Below, one piece after another: positions 1-13,950 of a DNA stretch of 64,000 nt (position 1 is its first letter; each line of letters opens with the position of its first letter). Origin of the DNA: Azolla caroliniana (lineage: Eukaryota; Plantae; Polypodiophyta). Below the pieces are notes generated by a model. The model was not told the origin of the DNA and did not search any database. It worked only from the letters and a program-made list of their open reading frames with translations. The translations under genes and the position numbers were made by a program. Location: the NCBI GenBank assembly GCA_043228905.1, contig JBHGNT010000002.1, positions 496,001 through 560,000 on the forward strand, in the 5' to 3' direction.

Positions 1-2826
1 GCCTCTGTGTGCATCGCAGCTGCCACATATATATTTTCCATACCAACATATGCAACACCACACTTTGCATCCAATTGTAGTGCTTGCTCAAATGCCCATC
101 TCCCAAGCTTCACGTTCCTCCATTTTCCACACGCACCCAATACTGACAAGAATAGGGGAAGATAGCCTGAATATGATGCTTTGTCAAGCAAGGTGTTCAC
201 CTTGTTGAAGCATCCTGAACGACCAAATAGATCTATCATACAAGTGTAGTGTTCTAATGCTGGTGCGAGATGGTAAACACCACACATTTCATTAAACAGA
301 TTGTCCCCTTCTTTTAATAGACCAGCATGACTACATGCAGATAGCATAACAACAAACGTGACCAAATTTGGTGATATACCATCCATCCTCGCTTTTCTAT
401 ACAGGTGCAAAACCACATCAGCTTGACCTAATTGGGCATATCCAGCCATTAGGGCATTCCAAGGCACAAGATTCCGCACAGGAAGCTGTTCAAAAGTTTC
501 TTGTGCTTTCTCCAAGGCTCCACATCTGCAATACATGTCCACCAATGCAGTGCTGAGCACCACGTCTTTGAATAATAAACCTTTCTTCCTAATTTCAGCA
601 TCTATATCTTCCCCTATTTGCAGAGACCCAACAATGCCACAGGCTTTCAAAACACATATGTAAGTCACAGCATCCAGAGAGATTCCCCTAGTTTTCATTT
701 CTCTGAAACATTCCAATGCTTCATCGCTGAAGCCAGATTGACAATACCCAGTGATTATGGTATTCCAAGACACAACATCCTGCATTGGAATCTGCTCAAA
801 TACTTCTCGCGCTTTCTCCAACATGCCACACTTGAAATACATGTCCACCAGTGTATTTCCAAGCACGACATCTTTCTGCAACAACCCTTGCTCGCTAACC
901 TTAACATGGATATCTTCACCAATCTTTAGAGCCCCTATTGTGCCACATGCTTTCAACGCACATATATAAGTAACCGTATTCGGATGGATATTTTCATCTT
1001 CCATTTGTTTGAAATATTTCAATACTTGATCACCAAGTCCTCGTTGGGCATATCCAGTGACTAGGGCATTCCAAGCCACAATGTCCTTCCTCGGCAGTTG
1101 TTCAAATACTTCTTGTGCTTTTGTCAAGGCACCACACTTGCAATACATATCCACCAATGCAGTTCCAAGCACAATGTCCTGCAACAATCCTTGTTGCCTG
1201 ATCTTAGCATCTATATCTTCCCCAATCTCTAGAAACCCTGCATTACCACAAGCTTTCAAAATACATATGTATGTCACCGCTTGTGGACTAACTCCTTCAT
1301 CTAGCATCTTTCTGAAACATTTCAATGCTTCATCATTGAACCCAGCTTGAACATATCCACCAATCAGAGCATTCCACGTCACAACATCTCGCACTGGAAG
1401 CTGCTCGAAAACTTCTTGTGCTTTGTCCAATTCACAACATTTGCAATACATGTCCACCAATGCAGTGCCAAGCACAAGCTCTTTCTGTAGTAAACCTTTC
1501 TTTCTAACTTCAGCATGTATATGTTCCCCTATTTGTAGAGACCCTACTAAGGCACAAGCTTTTAGAATGCTAATATAAGTTACCTCATTAGGAAAAACTC
1601 CCTCATCTTTCATCTTTGTGAAGCATTTGATTGCCTCATCCGCAAGTCCATGTTGGGTATATCCAGTGATGAGGACATTCCAAGTCACAATATTGCACGT
1701 GGGAAGCTGTTCAAAAACTTCTCGTGCTTTCTTCAAAGCACCACATTTGGAATACATGTCAACCAACGCAGTTCCGAGTACGACAGATTTCTGCAATAAC
1801 CCTTGCTTTCTAACCTCAACATGTATATCTTTCCCTACCTCTAGAGACCCAACTATCCCACATGCTTTCAAAACGCATATATAAGTTACCACGTCAGGAC
1901 AAACACATTCATTTTGCATCTTTCTAAACCATTTTAATGCTTCATTACCGAACCCATGTTGGGTATATCCTGTTATAAGAGCATTCCAAGAGACTACATT
2001 GCTGTTTGGAAGTTGTTTGAATACTTCGTTTGCCTTCACTAGATCACCACATTTAGAATACATGCTCACTAATGCATTCCCAACCATAACATCTTTCTCC
2101 AGTAACCCTTGATTTCTGACCTCTACATCTATGTATTTCCCGATCTCTAGAGATCGAGAAGCTCCACAGGATTTCAATATAGGAATATAAGATCCAACAT
2201 CAGGACGAATTGCTGAGATTTGCATATTTTTTAAGCACTTTAATGCTTCATCGATGTGGCCATGCCTAGCATATCCAGTTATAAGAGCATTCCAAGATAC
2301 AACATCTCTCACAGGGAGCTCTGCAAATACTTGTTGTGCTTTCTCCAACATACCACACTCCACATAAGTTGTGATCATAGCAGTAGCAATATAGATGTCT
2401 TTTCTTATCAAGTTTTTGCTTACGACAGCCTCATGTATCCTTCTGATCTTCCGCACGTTCTTCTCTTTACCGCATGATTTGATGAGATTTAAGAGCATAT
2501 TTCGATCCTGAAAAGTCAATTTCGGGAGGTCATTGAAAACAGGCGTTACTTTGGAACCAATAGAATTGGGATGTTTTAGTTTTTCTTCGCCACTGACGAA
2601 TCCATTCATCAGTAATAATGTAGTGCTTCTGTATGATCAAAGGAACAATCACAATTTGAATAATAGAAGACAGGCTTGAAGATTTTACCTTATCGTGCGG
2701 ATCATCCTTTAAAAGGAACTCGTCCTTCAAGAGCTTGTTATTCTTGGCAAACAGAGTAGCAGTTCTTTCCATAGCACTGTTTTTCAGGAAGATTAGGCTT
2801 TCCGATCGAAACACAGTGTTTTGCAT
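1..2826 (-). CDS. PLS-class pentatricopeptide repeat protein with E domain (putative organellar RNA-editing factor), 3' end outside the window
   Basis: Long minus-strand frame from ~2608 to position 1, missing from the ORF track because it has no stop in the window. It shows 7 P motifs (VVSWNALITGY, IVTWNVLITGY, ... LVPWNALMAGY) at ~306-bp spacing, L motifs (VTYICVLKACG) and S motifs (VVLGTALVDMYCKCG). These are followed by TFVVMLSACSHAGL...EHYTCMIDLFGRSG and an E-like LGACGKWRNVKLGRWAFEQALQLD...AYV..NIY. The 5' end is uncertain: either ATG ~2608, or an upstream exon 2826-2689 spliced to 2507. Confidence 0.93.
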
Positions 2827-5082
2827 TTGCAGCGAAGAAGATGATTAGGAAGCATTCTGTGACCTATCCTTTCCATCCATAGCTCACAAGTAAACTCTAA
2901 AGCTTTCAATTTCTATAAGAAGGAACAGGGCATTTCACACTTATACATTGAGTGAGTGAGAATGACTCGCTTTACGACTTACGCCAGAGAAACCAAATAA
3001 CATCAAATGCACGTATGGTGGGTTCTCATCGATCATACGAAAAGAGGGGCCGAATATGGCCTCCCGTTGAACTATAGATAAATAGGTAGATAGATAGATA
3101 GATTACAATGTCAACCGCCTAACCAAAATGCTTGTTGATGGTCAGGATAAAAGTAGGTAAGGTGGGGAGTTTCTTGCCTTGCCTACTATAATATCTTACA
3201 CATGAGGTTGAGCAAATCGTATTTGAGTGGATTGGCGATAAAAATAAGATGAACCTAGGCATGACAAACCAAAACTATTCCGTTTATGGCTATTTGGGTT
3301 GGGGTCTATTTAATTCGAACTCTTCTCGGCTTCCTTTCTCCTTTTTTAATTGGGGATGTTGCAATGTGGAAGTGTGTGTGTTTGTATTTGAATGTGTGAT
3401 TACTTATCAAATGTATTGATTGTCGTCATATTTATGTAAAACTTTCAAACGAAACAATGAGAAGTTTAATTGAAAATTCGATCTTCTTCTACTAATATGT
3501 TAAAGGTTCTCTTCACAAATATATTCAAACATTTGACCTAGTGTTTATGCGACAACTTCAATTATAATGCAATCAAATTGTAGAAAGGTAAAGAGATGCA
3601 AGATGTATGTCATTGCCTATGGGTGTGTGTACGAATTTTTGTGGTTGTGGAAGACAACTTTTCGCCAAGCAATAGTTAAAAATACCCTCGTATTATCTAG
3701 TGTGTATTTTGTGTAACTCAAAAATGAGGTGTAAGAACTGATCATGAATACCTTTAAGTCTTGGCAAGTGATATCAAACAACACGAAGTTTGGTTGCAAA
3801 TAATTCATTATTCTACTTGTGGGTCACATGTGGAACATATGAGAGGAAGGTATTTAGACTCTTGATGTGAAATCGTATAGAGCAATCAAAACAAGAGATT
3901 GTCATGTAGGTATTATGTAAAAAGACAAATTATTGAAATGTCACTTAACTTAAAGAAATTCCCCAAAAGGCCCACATGTTGACATTTTTGTGAAGCTAAG
4001 CTCCAAGTAGACGGCACACATGAGAAAATAGTTCCTATTAACCCATCCAAAATAAATTTATGTTGGTAACCATATCTCTTTTCTTAATGAGCCATTCCTC
4101 GTGCACTTTTGTGAGGTCGTCCTCCCATGTAAAAATCCTCTCGCCTTAAGGAGATCCTCATAGGCGCACTAGAAAATGTCTATATCATGAGCATCTTCTA
4201 AGGTGCCACCATACTTTCATTGGAAACAAATTCTCCTTTTACGATACATACATATTCCTCTTGAATTGGGAATTTATTTATTTATCATTCACAAAAGTTT
4301 ATTTATTTATTTTATGTCTATACTAACTTTTGCTTGAATTTTATTTTCTTTCTCATTCTCTTTAATTTGTGTTTATTGTGATCTCCATTGGTCTTGGCTC
4401 AAGTTATGCATTTATGTTGTCATATGTGTGCTGATAATGAAGTTGTTGTCATAATTGGGCATATGTTTGTTGATTTATGACTAACTTTGTAGATCAGGCT
4501 CGCAAAATGTTTCGACTCAAGATCTTTGTCGGATATCAAATCGACATCGAGAAGCATATAAAACCTTTATTTAAAGTGCTAGAGAGGATAAAAGTTGCCT
4601 TGGATTCAACCTTTGATGGTACAAAGGAATCTAACATCAACTTGAAGAAGTGGTAAAATCAAATGTTGGCCATGGGAATCGAGGCATCAACTATATGAAT
4701 AAAGATGCCCATTCAAAGGTTTTAACAACAACTCTGAGGAGGGTAAGGTAATCGTGATAATGTTACGATAGATTGAGACCTAGTTTGAAGAGAGGTAGGT
4801 CATAGGGCGGAATGTATCTTGAACATTAGGGAAAGGAATGAAAGTGATCTAGAATGTTTCGAGAAAAGACATGAGCATTACACTGACGTTCGAATAAGAA
4901 CAATAGAGATTTGTATTTTCTCGCTTAGAAATATATGTGGACCACCTAACGGCACTACCATATCGTTGGGTAGGGGTTCATATCATATCATATCATATGA
5001 CACTGATGCAATTATTTCTCACTAAAACACATCAAGTTGTTGTAGTCTTTAAGTAGACGGAAGAAGAAAGAAGAAGAATATA

Positions 5083-5120
5083 TACATACATACATACATA
5101 CATACATACATACATACATA
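5083..5120. repeat. (TACA)n microsatellite
   Basis: Perfect tacatacata run just upstream of the DC1 ATG. Confidence 0.95.
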
Positions 5121-5147
5121 GTGCTGCTCTCCTCCCGTGTGACTGTA

Positions 5148-6065
5148 ATGGTTTCAAGGAGGAGGAGTTTCCCACACAGGCTGGCTCCCCAATGGCGTCG
5201 TCGGTTCGTGTGCCACGTGTGCTGGGAAGCGGCAAGCGGGCTGCTCCTCCATTGCCACGATTGCCAGATGGACGTCCACGTGGCTTGCTGCGCCAACGCA
5301 GACACTTCCCTCTGCGACACCACCCACGTCTCTCACCCACAACACCCGCTCTCCCTGCTCCACATCATCCGCCACGTGGACCATCAGTGCGACGGGTGCG
5401 GTGCCACGTCGGGAGACGGCGCCGACCTTATCTTCTTCTCGTGCAGGGCGTGCGAGTTCGATCTATGCGGCCTCTGCGTTCGGGCCCCGCTCTCCCTCAA
5501 CCATCCTGGACACCCCCACGTGCTGGCCCTAGGTAAGCTGCTTTGCTTATACATACATACATACATACATACATACATACATACATAATCCATGATCGAT
5601 TTCATTACCTTATGGTATAGATCAATTGAGCTTGCTCAAGTGGATTAATTATTTGAGTTGAGCAACTGATCCGGATTAATCTTCAATGTTTAGGTTAATT
5701 ACGCTGATCAATTATAATTAGGAATTCGAGGATGCTTTGATTCATTCACTCAGGCGCGTGCACACACACACACACACACACGATATCCTGGATTTGATTG
5801 GCTAAGATTTAATGTCTTCCTCTGACTATTGATAACAGCTAAAAACAGAAGGCCATGCACTGCATGCAATGGATGCGGAGAGTCATCCCAACTGAATCAG
5901 TTGATGTATCGTTGCAACACTTGTGATTTCGACCTACATCTGGTAATATCTCTCGTTCTCTCTCTTTCTTAAATTGGCGATACCTACCTATGTAATTTAC
6001 ATCAAGTAGTAGTAGTAGTAGTAGTGGGTTTCTGAATCTACACAACAAGCAGCTACATGGGATAC

Positions 6066-6111
<46 letters not shown>

Positions 6112-6642
6112 TGTACTGACTGAAGGACATAGTAAATGGACACCATCATTTGGCGGCGGTTTCTGCAGTCGTGTGTGAGATTGGCACAACAGCTGGAGCA
6201 TCCCCATCACCCGGGCCATACACTGAGCTTACGCATGCAGAGCACGAGTCGGCGGTGCAGGTGCTGTGTGTGTGGCGACAACACATCCTCCACATGGGCA
6301 TACACATGTGAGGGCTGCCGCTTCTACATGCATCCCAAATGTAGCGGCATGGAGCATCGTGGGGCCCTCGTGGATTCGCATGTACCTGACGATCCCTACC
6401 TTAATCTCCTGTCCCATTCTTATAATGATACAACTCGCCATTTTTACGACAGGCTCCTCCAATTACCAAGCACCATATTAGATCGTGCTCCATCGCATAC
6501 CAGTAATAATGCGGAACATGAGACTATTAATACATTGTCTCTTCTGCAAGCTCTCTCACGAAGATTACCTCCTTCGCTCACTGCTCGTGATGCGGATGCT
6601 CTCGAAAGAGTCATCGCGCTGCTCAGAATAGGTGGATCCTGA
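5148..6642 (+). CDS. Cys/His-rich DC1 (C1-like) domain protein, 3 exons, four DC1-like units
   Basis: Exons 5148-5532, 5839-5942 and 6169-6642, joined by GT-AG introns with consistent phase. There are four HxL...CxxC...CxxCxF/MD/YxH/CxxC units, e.g. HPGHTLSL..CCVC..YTCEGCRFYMHPKC. Confidence 0.85.
5549..5587. repeat. (TACA)n microsatellite in DC1 intron 1
   Basis: Perfect repeat 16 bp after the splice donor. Confidence 0.95.
6006..6110. repeat. Two (TAG)n microsatellites in DC1 intron 2
   Basis: gtagtag runs at ~6006-6025 and ~6067-6110. Confidence 0.95.
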
Positions 6643-8565
6643 TTCCTGATCAATGCTATGCTAGGTGGACCAAGATCAAACAAACACATGGGTACCATAT
6701 GCTTCTAACAAGTCGGATTCAGTAGAGTGGGGCCAAAAACTTTGTAGGACACCACAACACAACGATAAAGTATGTATTGTAACACACCTCTTCCTCGTCA
6801 AAATCAAACGTGTGGTCATCCCTCATCACTCTAGTATATGATCAGGAATACTTTTAGACATCTTGCTCTTGGAAAAGGTCCACCTTTTCTCATCTTACTT
6901 GGACTTGTATATATTCTTTGCCATGTACAGAAAACATTGATCAGCTTTTATTTGCTACAGTACATGTTTGTTAGGTACCCTCCTCCATTCATGTGATCTT
7001 TTACATCTAGAGGAGGTGCTTTCTATCATAGAAGAGAAAAAAGGTGCCAAGAAAGAGGGGGCATAGATCAGGGTGTATGGACCACTAGCAGGTTACATGA
7101 TGCATGTCTCGAACTTCAGAGATTATAATGATATATTAACCTCCACAATGAGCTCCATGATTGGACCATAATGACCATAAAGGGTTCTCCACCATCCTTA
7201 TCGGCAAGAGGACGAGAAACTATTAACAGCTGATGCAAAAGCTAGTTGCTTAAACCTCATTGTTTTGAACTTCCATGAGTTTGGTTTGATAATACAAGCA
7301 AAGAACGTGCTTAGTCTCATCGACGGTTCTGTCCTTGTTCATAACTTTTAGGAGGATAATACAAACTTGTCAAAATTCTTGAAACGTTTAATTAACGTCC
7401 TCCTATATAAGGCATTCCAAAGTGAAACATACATTTATTGTTGGGGCATTAAAACAACATAACTTACTTGTATTCTAGTCTGCGTGATTCACCTACTCCA
7501 AGTTTCTATTTATAACGTGTGAACTTCACTTTGACATGGGCGTCTAGATGTGAGGTTGGGCTCACTAATGTTCCAAAATATTTAGAATGTGTGCTGTTGC
7601 AACAATACTCAAACCCTTTCCTTCCATTTCCTCTACATGCACATCCAAATAACCTTCAACAAGAAATCTTTAGAATTCGTTTCGATGGACTTCCTATAGT
7701 GGGACAATTTCTCATGCAACATTTCAGAAGATGATTCCAAGAGTTTATCCTTAGCATGATACATATCTATAGCTTGTATTGTCCCTCTGCCTCAAGAGTT
7801 CATTATGTGGGAAGACATCATATCAAATGCATTCTAGCCAATAAGCCTCTATTCTTGCATATATTTCTAGGTTTCGTTAGATAAGCCTGTTAAATAAAGA
7901 AAGCAGAACTATGACTTCTTGGAAACAAAACAAAAATTTCGGACCTCTTATCAAAAAGACATCATCTCTCACCACTTCTCCTGTTTTTTGGACTACGACC
8001 TGCACATCAAACAAGGACATCGCACGTGTGGCCCTCACAGATACTCCCAGCAACTAGTTACGCATCTTTTGCCTATAGGTCTCCATGCCTTCTGATTGAA
8101 AATGTCTCTAACTCATTGATTGCTTACGACTAACCTGATGGAAATGCGAAGTTCAGACATTAAGTACCTCTTGCCTTTTAATTGTAATATCTAACACTTA
8201 AGCATCTACAAAATTAATTATAGGCTTAACGGGAGCTATAAGAAAGAAAAGGCACCACAGTAACATCTTGGATTAAGTCAATCTTCCACATAATCAAAGG
8301 ATTAAGAGACACGAATACGAATTTTGAGAAAGCAGGGGGTTCGTAGAGGCCATGATAGATAGATTATGAGATTAACAGGGTACAATCTAATATCGATGAA
8401 TCAACTAATCTTTACAAAAAATTAATTGAATATCTGGATCATGAGATTGCAACAAGGTGGGTATGCTATGATGATGAATCGTTCGAATTTCTTATATACA
8501 ATTGTACATACCGTTCCATGTTTCAACCTCATAAAACAATATAAGAACCAGCAAAACTACTAATT

Positions 8566-11500
8566 TTAAGAGACCTGCTCATCCACATTGTCACTTGCCT
8601 TAGTGATATCTTTACCCTTAGCTTCCACATCTCCACAATCTAGAGGATAGTATACAGGTCCTTGGACCTTTGGTTCATTGTAGAGAATATAATGCTGGAC
8701 GATGAACAGCAGATCAAAAGCAATAACAGTCTGCACCAACAGGGAATTTATTAGCAAAAAAAGACTACCTCAAACCTTATAAGAGAGAAGAAAGATCACA
8801 GACCAATGATAATAGGGGCTTTCCGATGTTGCCAGAGAAATTCACGATAGAATCTTGATCGATAGACTGCACACCCATTTGCAAAAAGTTTCCAATCCCA
8901 CCAGATAAGTCAAGGAGAATGTTACCAATGCTCCATCCAACAGTGCTTTTCCTTTCATAGTTCATCCATGCCTGAAACCAGAAGAACAGAAAAAGTTGTG
9001 ATATGACCAGTTGGTTTCAAGAAACATAAAGACCAACTGGATGGAAAAGGGGTTACCTGAGGGATATATTTGATAAGTGTCATGATAACTTGTATAATGC
9101 TGTCAAAAAATGTCCTCTCAGTTTGTCTCTCACATGCACTCACTCACTCAATCACTGTGCATAACACTAGGCACTATCATAGGCATTTCTCCAGGTGCAC
9201 AACTTTCTTAGTCACCATGGCCAACAATCCTGTACTTGCACTGTGACCACTCTAATCAAATCATTATGGAAACAACATTCAAGCTCATCGGAGGTTTTCC
9301 CTCCAGTGATATTGCCAAGGCAAGGGAATAACAAACTTTAGGATGAGTGCATTGAACTTGGTTAAGGGAAGTGTGAAGTGGTCAAAGGAATAAATGACCA
9401 AATACAAGCAACCAAAATAGAGTTCATTGAACCCAATGAAGGAATGGAGTGAATGTAGCCCAACAGATCACATCAAATATCAAGGAAGATGAACGTAGGA
9501 AGAGAGGTGTTGCATATCTCATGTCCTTGAAGGATGGGAAATTTCTAATGAAGATTGTAAAACTCTTGCTTTGATTGACCCTTCATCAATTTAATTTCCA
9601 ATAAATGGAGACATGATTATCATGTATTATAGCAAGATGGATAATTTCCTGAGTTCTTCAACAAGCGAAGTCATCATTGGATTACCAAGATTTCAGTAAC
9701 TAGTGAAAAGTATCAAACTTGCCGGAGTTTATGCATTTCAACAATCTGGAGACTGTGTGGTCTATTGTGAAGGAAGATAAATAATCGGAGCCTTCCATAA
9801 GGCTAAACTTATATGAATATGATCAGGTGCTAGATGCATTTGATAGAAAGTACAAGTTGTTTAGCATATTCAGTTTTCTATTAATCGTTGCATTAACAAT
9901 AGTTATGTTTTTTTATGCCTTAAAAATAATGGATATAAGGGAACAAGTTAACTCACTTGAAAACAGATACAAGCCAAAGCCATTGGCCTTGAGTCCAACC
10001 TACTATTGTACAAATAATAGCCACAATCCATGCTCCACCCGAGATCCCTATTGCCATCTTTGACACTTTCTGATCACCCCTCTGCAGAGATTACATTCAC
10101 ATTTAGCTAGCAATATATAAACCATGGATATGACCAGCAATATTCCACATTTCAGTAAAAAATCCATTGTCGTTAAATTTCCATAGGTTATACAACAATG
10201 TTCAGCACGATAATCAAAGGATTGCATTTTTTACGCAACTACAATTGAATAAATAATGCTTTTGTGCCATCAGACCACACAGATTAGATTGCATTCTATT
10301 ATATGATGCATTAATTTCAAAACTTGCCAACCTGAACTTGTTTAATACCATGAAACATATGTCAATATAAAACAAACAGCTCTCCAAGATGAACTGGAAG
10401 TAACGTACAAGTAGAATCTACTGTTGTACTAAAAACAGTGGTGCGAACTTCAAGAGGAGTAACCAAAAGATGGCCAATACACTACAAACTGTCAATAATA
10501 ATATAAGACCAAAACTGCTAGTGAAAAACCATCCGCAGTGGCTCTCATTGGCTACTAAAAGTATCATGAGCATATCTGCCTTGGAGATATTTCAGATGGA
10601 ACACTCCTTCCAACAGACAATGATAATCTCGAATTCCACCCATTATGCTAGCACTACCCTTACTGCACGCTGTTTCTTGAAATAACATTTGAACAGAATA
10701 TAAATCAGACAAAGGTACCGTAATCCACCTCAAAATTATACAAGAACTTGTAAAACGATGTATTCAGTGGGGTTCCAGTCCACAACTAACTTGGAGGTTA
10801 TGATGCCCAAATTTACCTTGTGAGAACTCTGAATTAAGTGTTAACTAGTACATGTGGATTCCTATACGATGTAAAAGATGCTCCAAAATACATCATGATT
10901 CATGCACAATGCCACTCTTTATATGAGGAATCATGGCCCAATGGAAAGTACAGAATGAGGGAATATCTATGGAATAAGGGTCCATTGCAAAGTCAGTAGT
11001 TTTTTGAATCATTCTTTCAAAAATCAAAACAAAATTTGTTTGATCCTTATGCCATCAATAGTTCATTTACTTGCACCAATTTCTTAAGACTTTTTCTAAC
11101 CCGACCTTTGTTTCAATTTCGTATTAGTTACTTGGATCCTCCTCTGTTTGGGAAATTCTATAGCAACTTGGAAGCGGCGATTGCACACATCTGAGTTTCT
11201 AAAACTACGTGTCAAAATGTTGATCAAGTGATTAGATGGATTAATTTTGGAGGGACAGCACTCAATGTTGAGTTCAAACCTCAAGGTTGGACTATTAAAT
11301 GGACAATGAAAACTAAGATCGGGATAAATGTTCAAAGTAAGACATTTGAGTTACAGGAAGTTTTAAAAAGACATAACATTTGTTTTCTCATTTATTTATT
11401 TGTCTACTTGATAGTTTTTTATTTGTTTGTTTATTCATTTATTGATTTATTTGTTTATTTATGTTCATCATCTCTTCAGACTCATACTGAAGTATGATTT

Positions 11501-13950
11501 TAACAGTACGAAGAAGTTATTGTAAAAGTCCCCTGTCTTTACATGACCATAATAAGCTGCTGCGTCCAAAACAGACAAAATGGATTTTCCTAGTTCCAAG
11601 TTGACTTAGAAACAATAAAACCTTATGAGCCTACTATGATTAAATGGTGAAAAAACATGTTCAAAAAAATAACCAAAATACTATGAAAATGAATACCAAG
11701 GGTCAGGTTCAGATGAAGCTGGATTGTTGAAAAGATGAAAAATGAAATACTATATTAACATCTTCAGAAAATATGATGCGACTGTGATCTGACATAGCAT
11801 CTGATTAAACGAAAAGAAGAATGATATTGCACCTCAGCAAATAGCGATAATATTTGACAGAGAATACTATGATTAAATGGTGAAAAAACATGTTCAAATA
11901 ACCAAAACATCTTCAGAAAATATGAGTCAGGTTCAGATGAAGCTGGATTGTTGAAGAGATGAAAAATGAAATACTATATTAACATCTTCAGAAAACATGA
12001 TGCCACTGTGATCTGACATTGCGTCTGATTAAAATGAAAAGAATGAGATTGCATCTCAGCAAATAGCAAGAATATTTGACAGAGAATACATCCTCTAGGG
12101 ATAGTATGAGCTGGGTCAGACGACAGGACTATTCGAGGTGAGTACATAGATGTACAAGTTACAAGTGGGGCAGATGTGGAAAATTGTTTCGAAAGTCAGG
12201 CATCGGTCACTGTATCCTCCAGAACCAGGTGCCTTGATAAGTGTGCTCAGTGACAGACAATGATACTCTGGTTATAATTGCCTATAACTTAAAGAGTTTC
12301 ACATTAGACAGTGTTGAGAGTGGCCCAGAGCATAACTATTATTGACTAGGTTCTTGAAGTGTCATCAACTGTGGTGCTGATCATGCTTTCCCATGATGAT
12401 ACCTAAGTTGATGGTTTTTGACGATCTGGTCACCTCTAGAACTGATATGGTAGACAGATTTAGGGTCCTAGCTTTACAGCAACCCACCTCAGCAGGTTCC
12501 CTCCCAGGAAAAACTAGACCAGACCATCTGCTGCCCATACGAAAAACGGACAGCAGAAAAAAATGAGGCTTACATGTACTTCCATTACACAATGAGAAAA
12601 TGCTGAGGATTGAAAGCATTCCCAATCCTCATCCCTGACAATGCATCAAGGGGTACGGTGGTTAAATTTGCAAATCACAATTGGCCATATGCATAAATTT
12701 CAGGAAATGTTTGCATTGGAGGTCACAAAATGCAAAACGTGAATAAATTGTGATGGTTGCCCTCATATTTTCCTGTGCATTTAAGATCAGAAACATTACG
12801 TCATTGCATCATAAAATAATTGGGTAGCCCATACTAATTTTACATAACACAGAACCCCAAATACCTCATAAAAGAGCACTTGCATAGCAGTGAAAAAGGT
12901 TAACAGTACTGCATGTATAGAGAAGGCTACATCACTTGCAGCTACAGGAATCAGCTGTATAAAAAAACAAAAACTTATGTTAAAAGTGTACAAATGTAGC
13001 ATATAAAGTGCTCAGCTCAAAACGCTGTCAAAATCCAGAAAGTATATCACTAATAAGGGTATGAACATTATGGAAATCTCTAAAAAGGACGACCATTACC
13101 TCAGAGAATCCATATTTCTCATGATATTGGATCTGCACAATGGGGATAAAGTACATGCCAACATTGTAAATCAAGTAGGACGTGTGCTTTGTCAGGTTGA
13201 GTATCACGAAATCGAAATTAAATCCAACCACACTGATGAAAGGAAATGCAAAAGCTCATCAGAATGTGAACCCTTTCTCATCAGAATATTAGCACACCAC
13301 GTACAGGACTATAAAGGGCTCAATCTCATCAGGATACATCCACAAACATAGAATTTTCAGAGACACACAGGAGGAAGATGAAAGTTGAACTATAAGGCAG
13401 AGTATTAAGACGATATAATATCATAGCATAAGATGAACCTAATCTCCTCAGAATACGAACAGAATGTTTGCAGACTTTGATCACAATGTTAACCTGAGAC
13501 CCTCGAGGATTTCATAGTTCAATTGAATTGAAGTACTAAGACTTACTTGCCTTTCCATTCATGAATTGAGTATTATATTAATCTAATCCGATCAACATAT
13601 TAACAGGGTTTGCCAAGGAATTCAAATATCAATGGTTTGCATAAATTGAGGGATGCTGCTAACTTGAGCTCATCAGAACATTACCGTGATGTAATCAGAA
13701 CATTGATCTAACGTCATCCAAACAGTAATCTAAGCTCGCCAGGCGATTGAACTAACATCATCAGAACAAAGAATGAAAACGAGAATTTGTCGACAGATTC
13801 CAAGAAAATACAGACTTGCCTTTTCCTTTGGAAATTGAGGATGACCTGAGGGTAGAAGCTGCAAGACCATGTCGTGAAAGCGAACCATCCAAGGACTTGA
13901 TAAAGGATCAGAAGATGAAAAGAACGCCACTCTCCGAGCACGCTCTCCAT
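8566..13950 (-). CDS. Cystinosin homologue (PQ-loop lysosomal/vacuolar cystine transporter), 7 exons
   Basis: Exons 13950-13820, 13232-13100, 12954-12865, 10081-9957, 9099-9057, 8971-8804 and 8730-8566. The joined protein has both PQ loops ([55 protein letters not shown]) and FDLLFIVQHYILY. Confidence 0.93.
11632..12089. repeat. Imperfect tandem duplication (~230 bp x2) in a cystinosin intron
   Basis: tactatgattaaatggtgaaaaaacatgttc...atatttgacagagaatac occurs twice, head to tail. Confidence 0.9.

Noticed and set aside
368-2477. Repetitive plus-strand ORFs
   Set aside because: Antisense shadows of the PPR repeats on the minus strand.
2629-2688. 60-bp intron candidate in the PPR 5' region
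   Set aside because: It keeps the frame that stops at 2530, so it cannot join the PPR frame.
5839-6219. Poly-Tyr/poly-Leu ORF and the YVCM-repeat ORFs nearby
   Set aside because: Translations of (TAG)n and (TACA)n microsatellites.
6700-8100. Possible decayed transposon between DC1 and cystinosin
   Set aside because: No motif could be identified with confidence.
12571-12775. Candidate cystinosin exon 4
   Set aside because: No similarity to the family. The true RGDQKVS exon is at 10081-9957.
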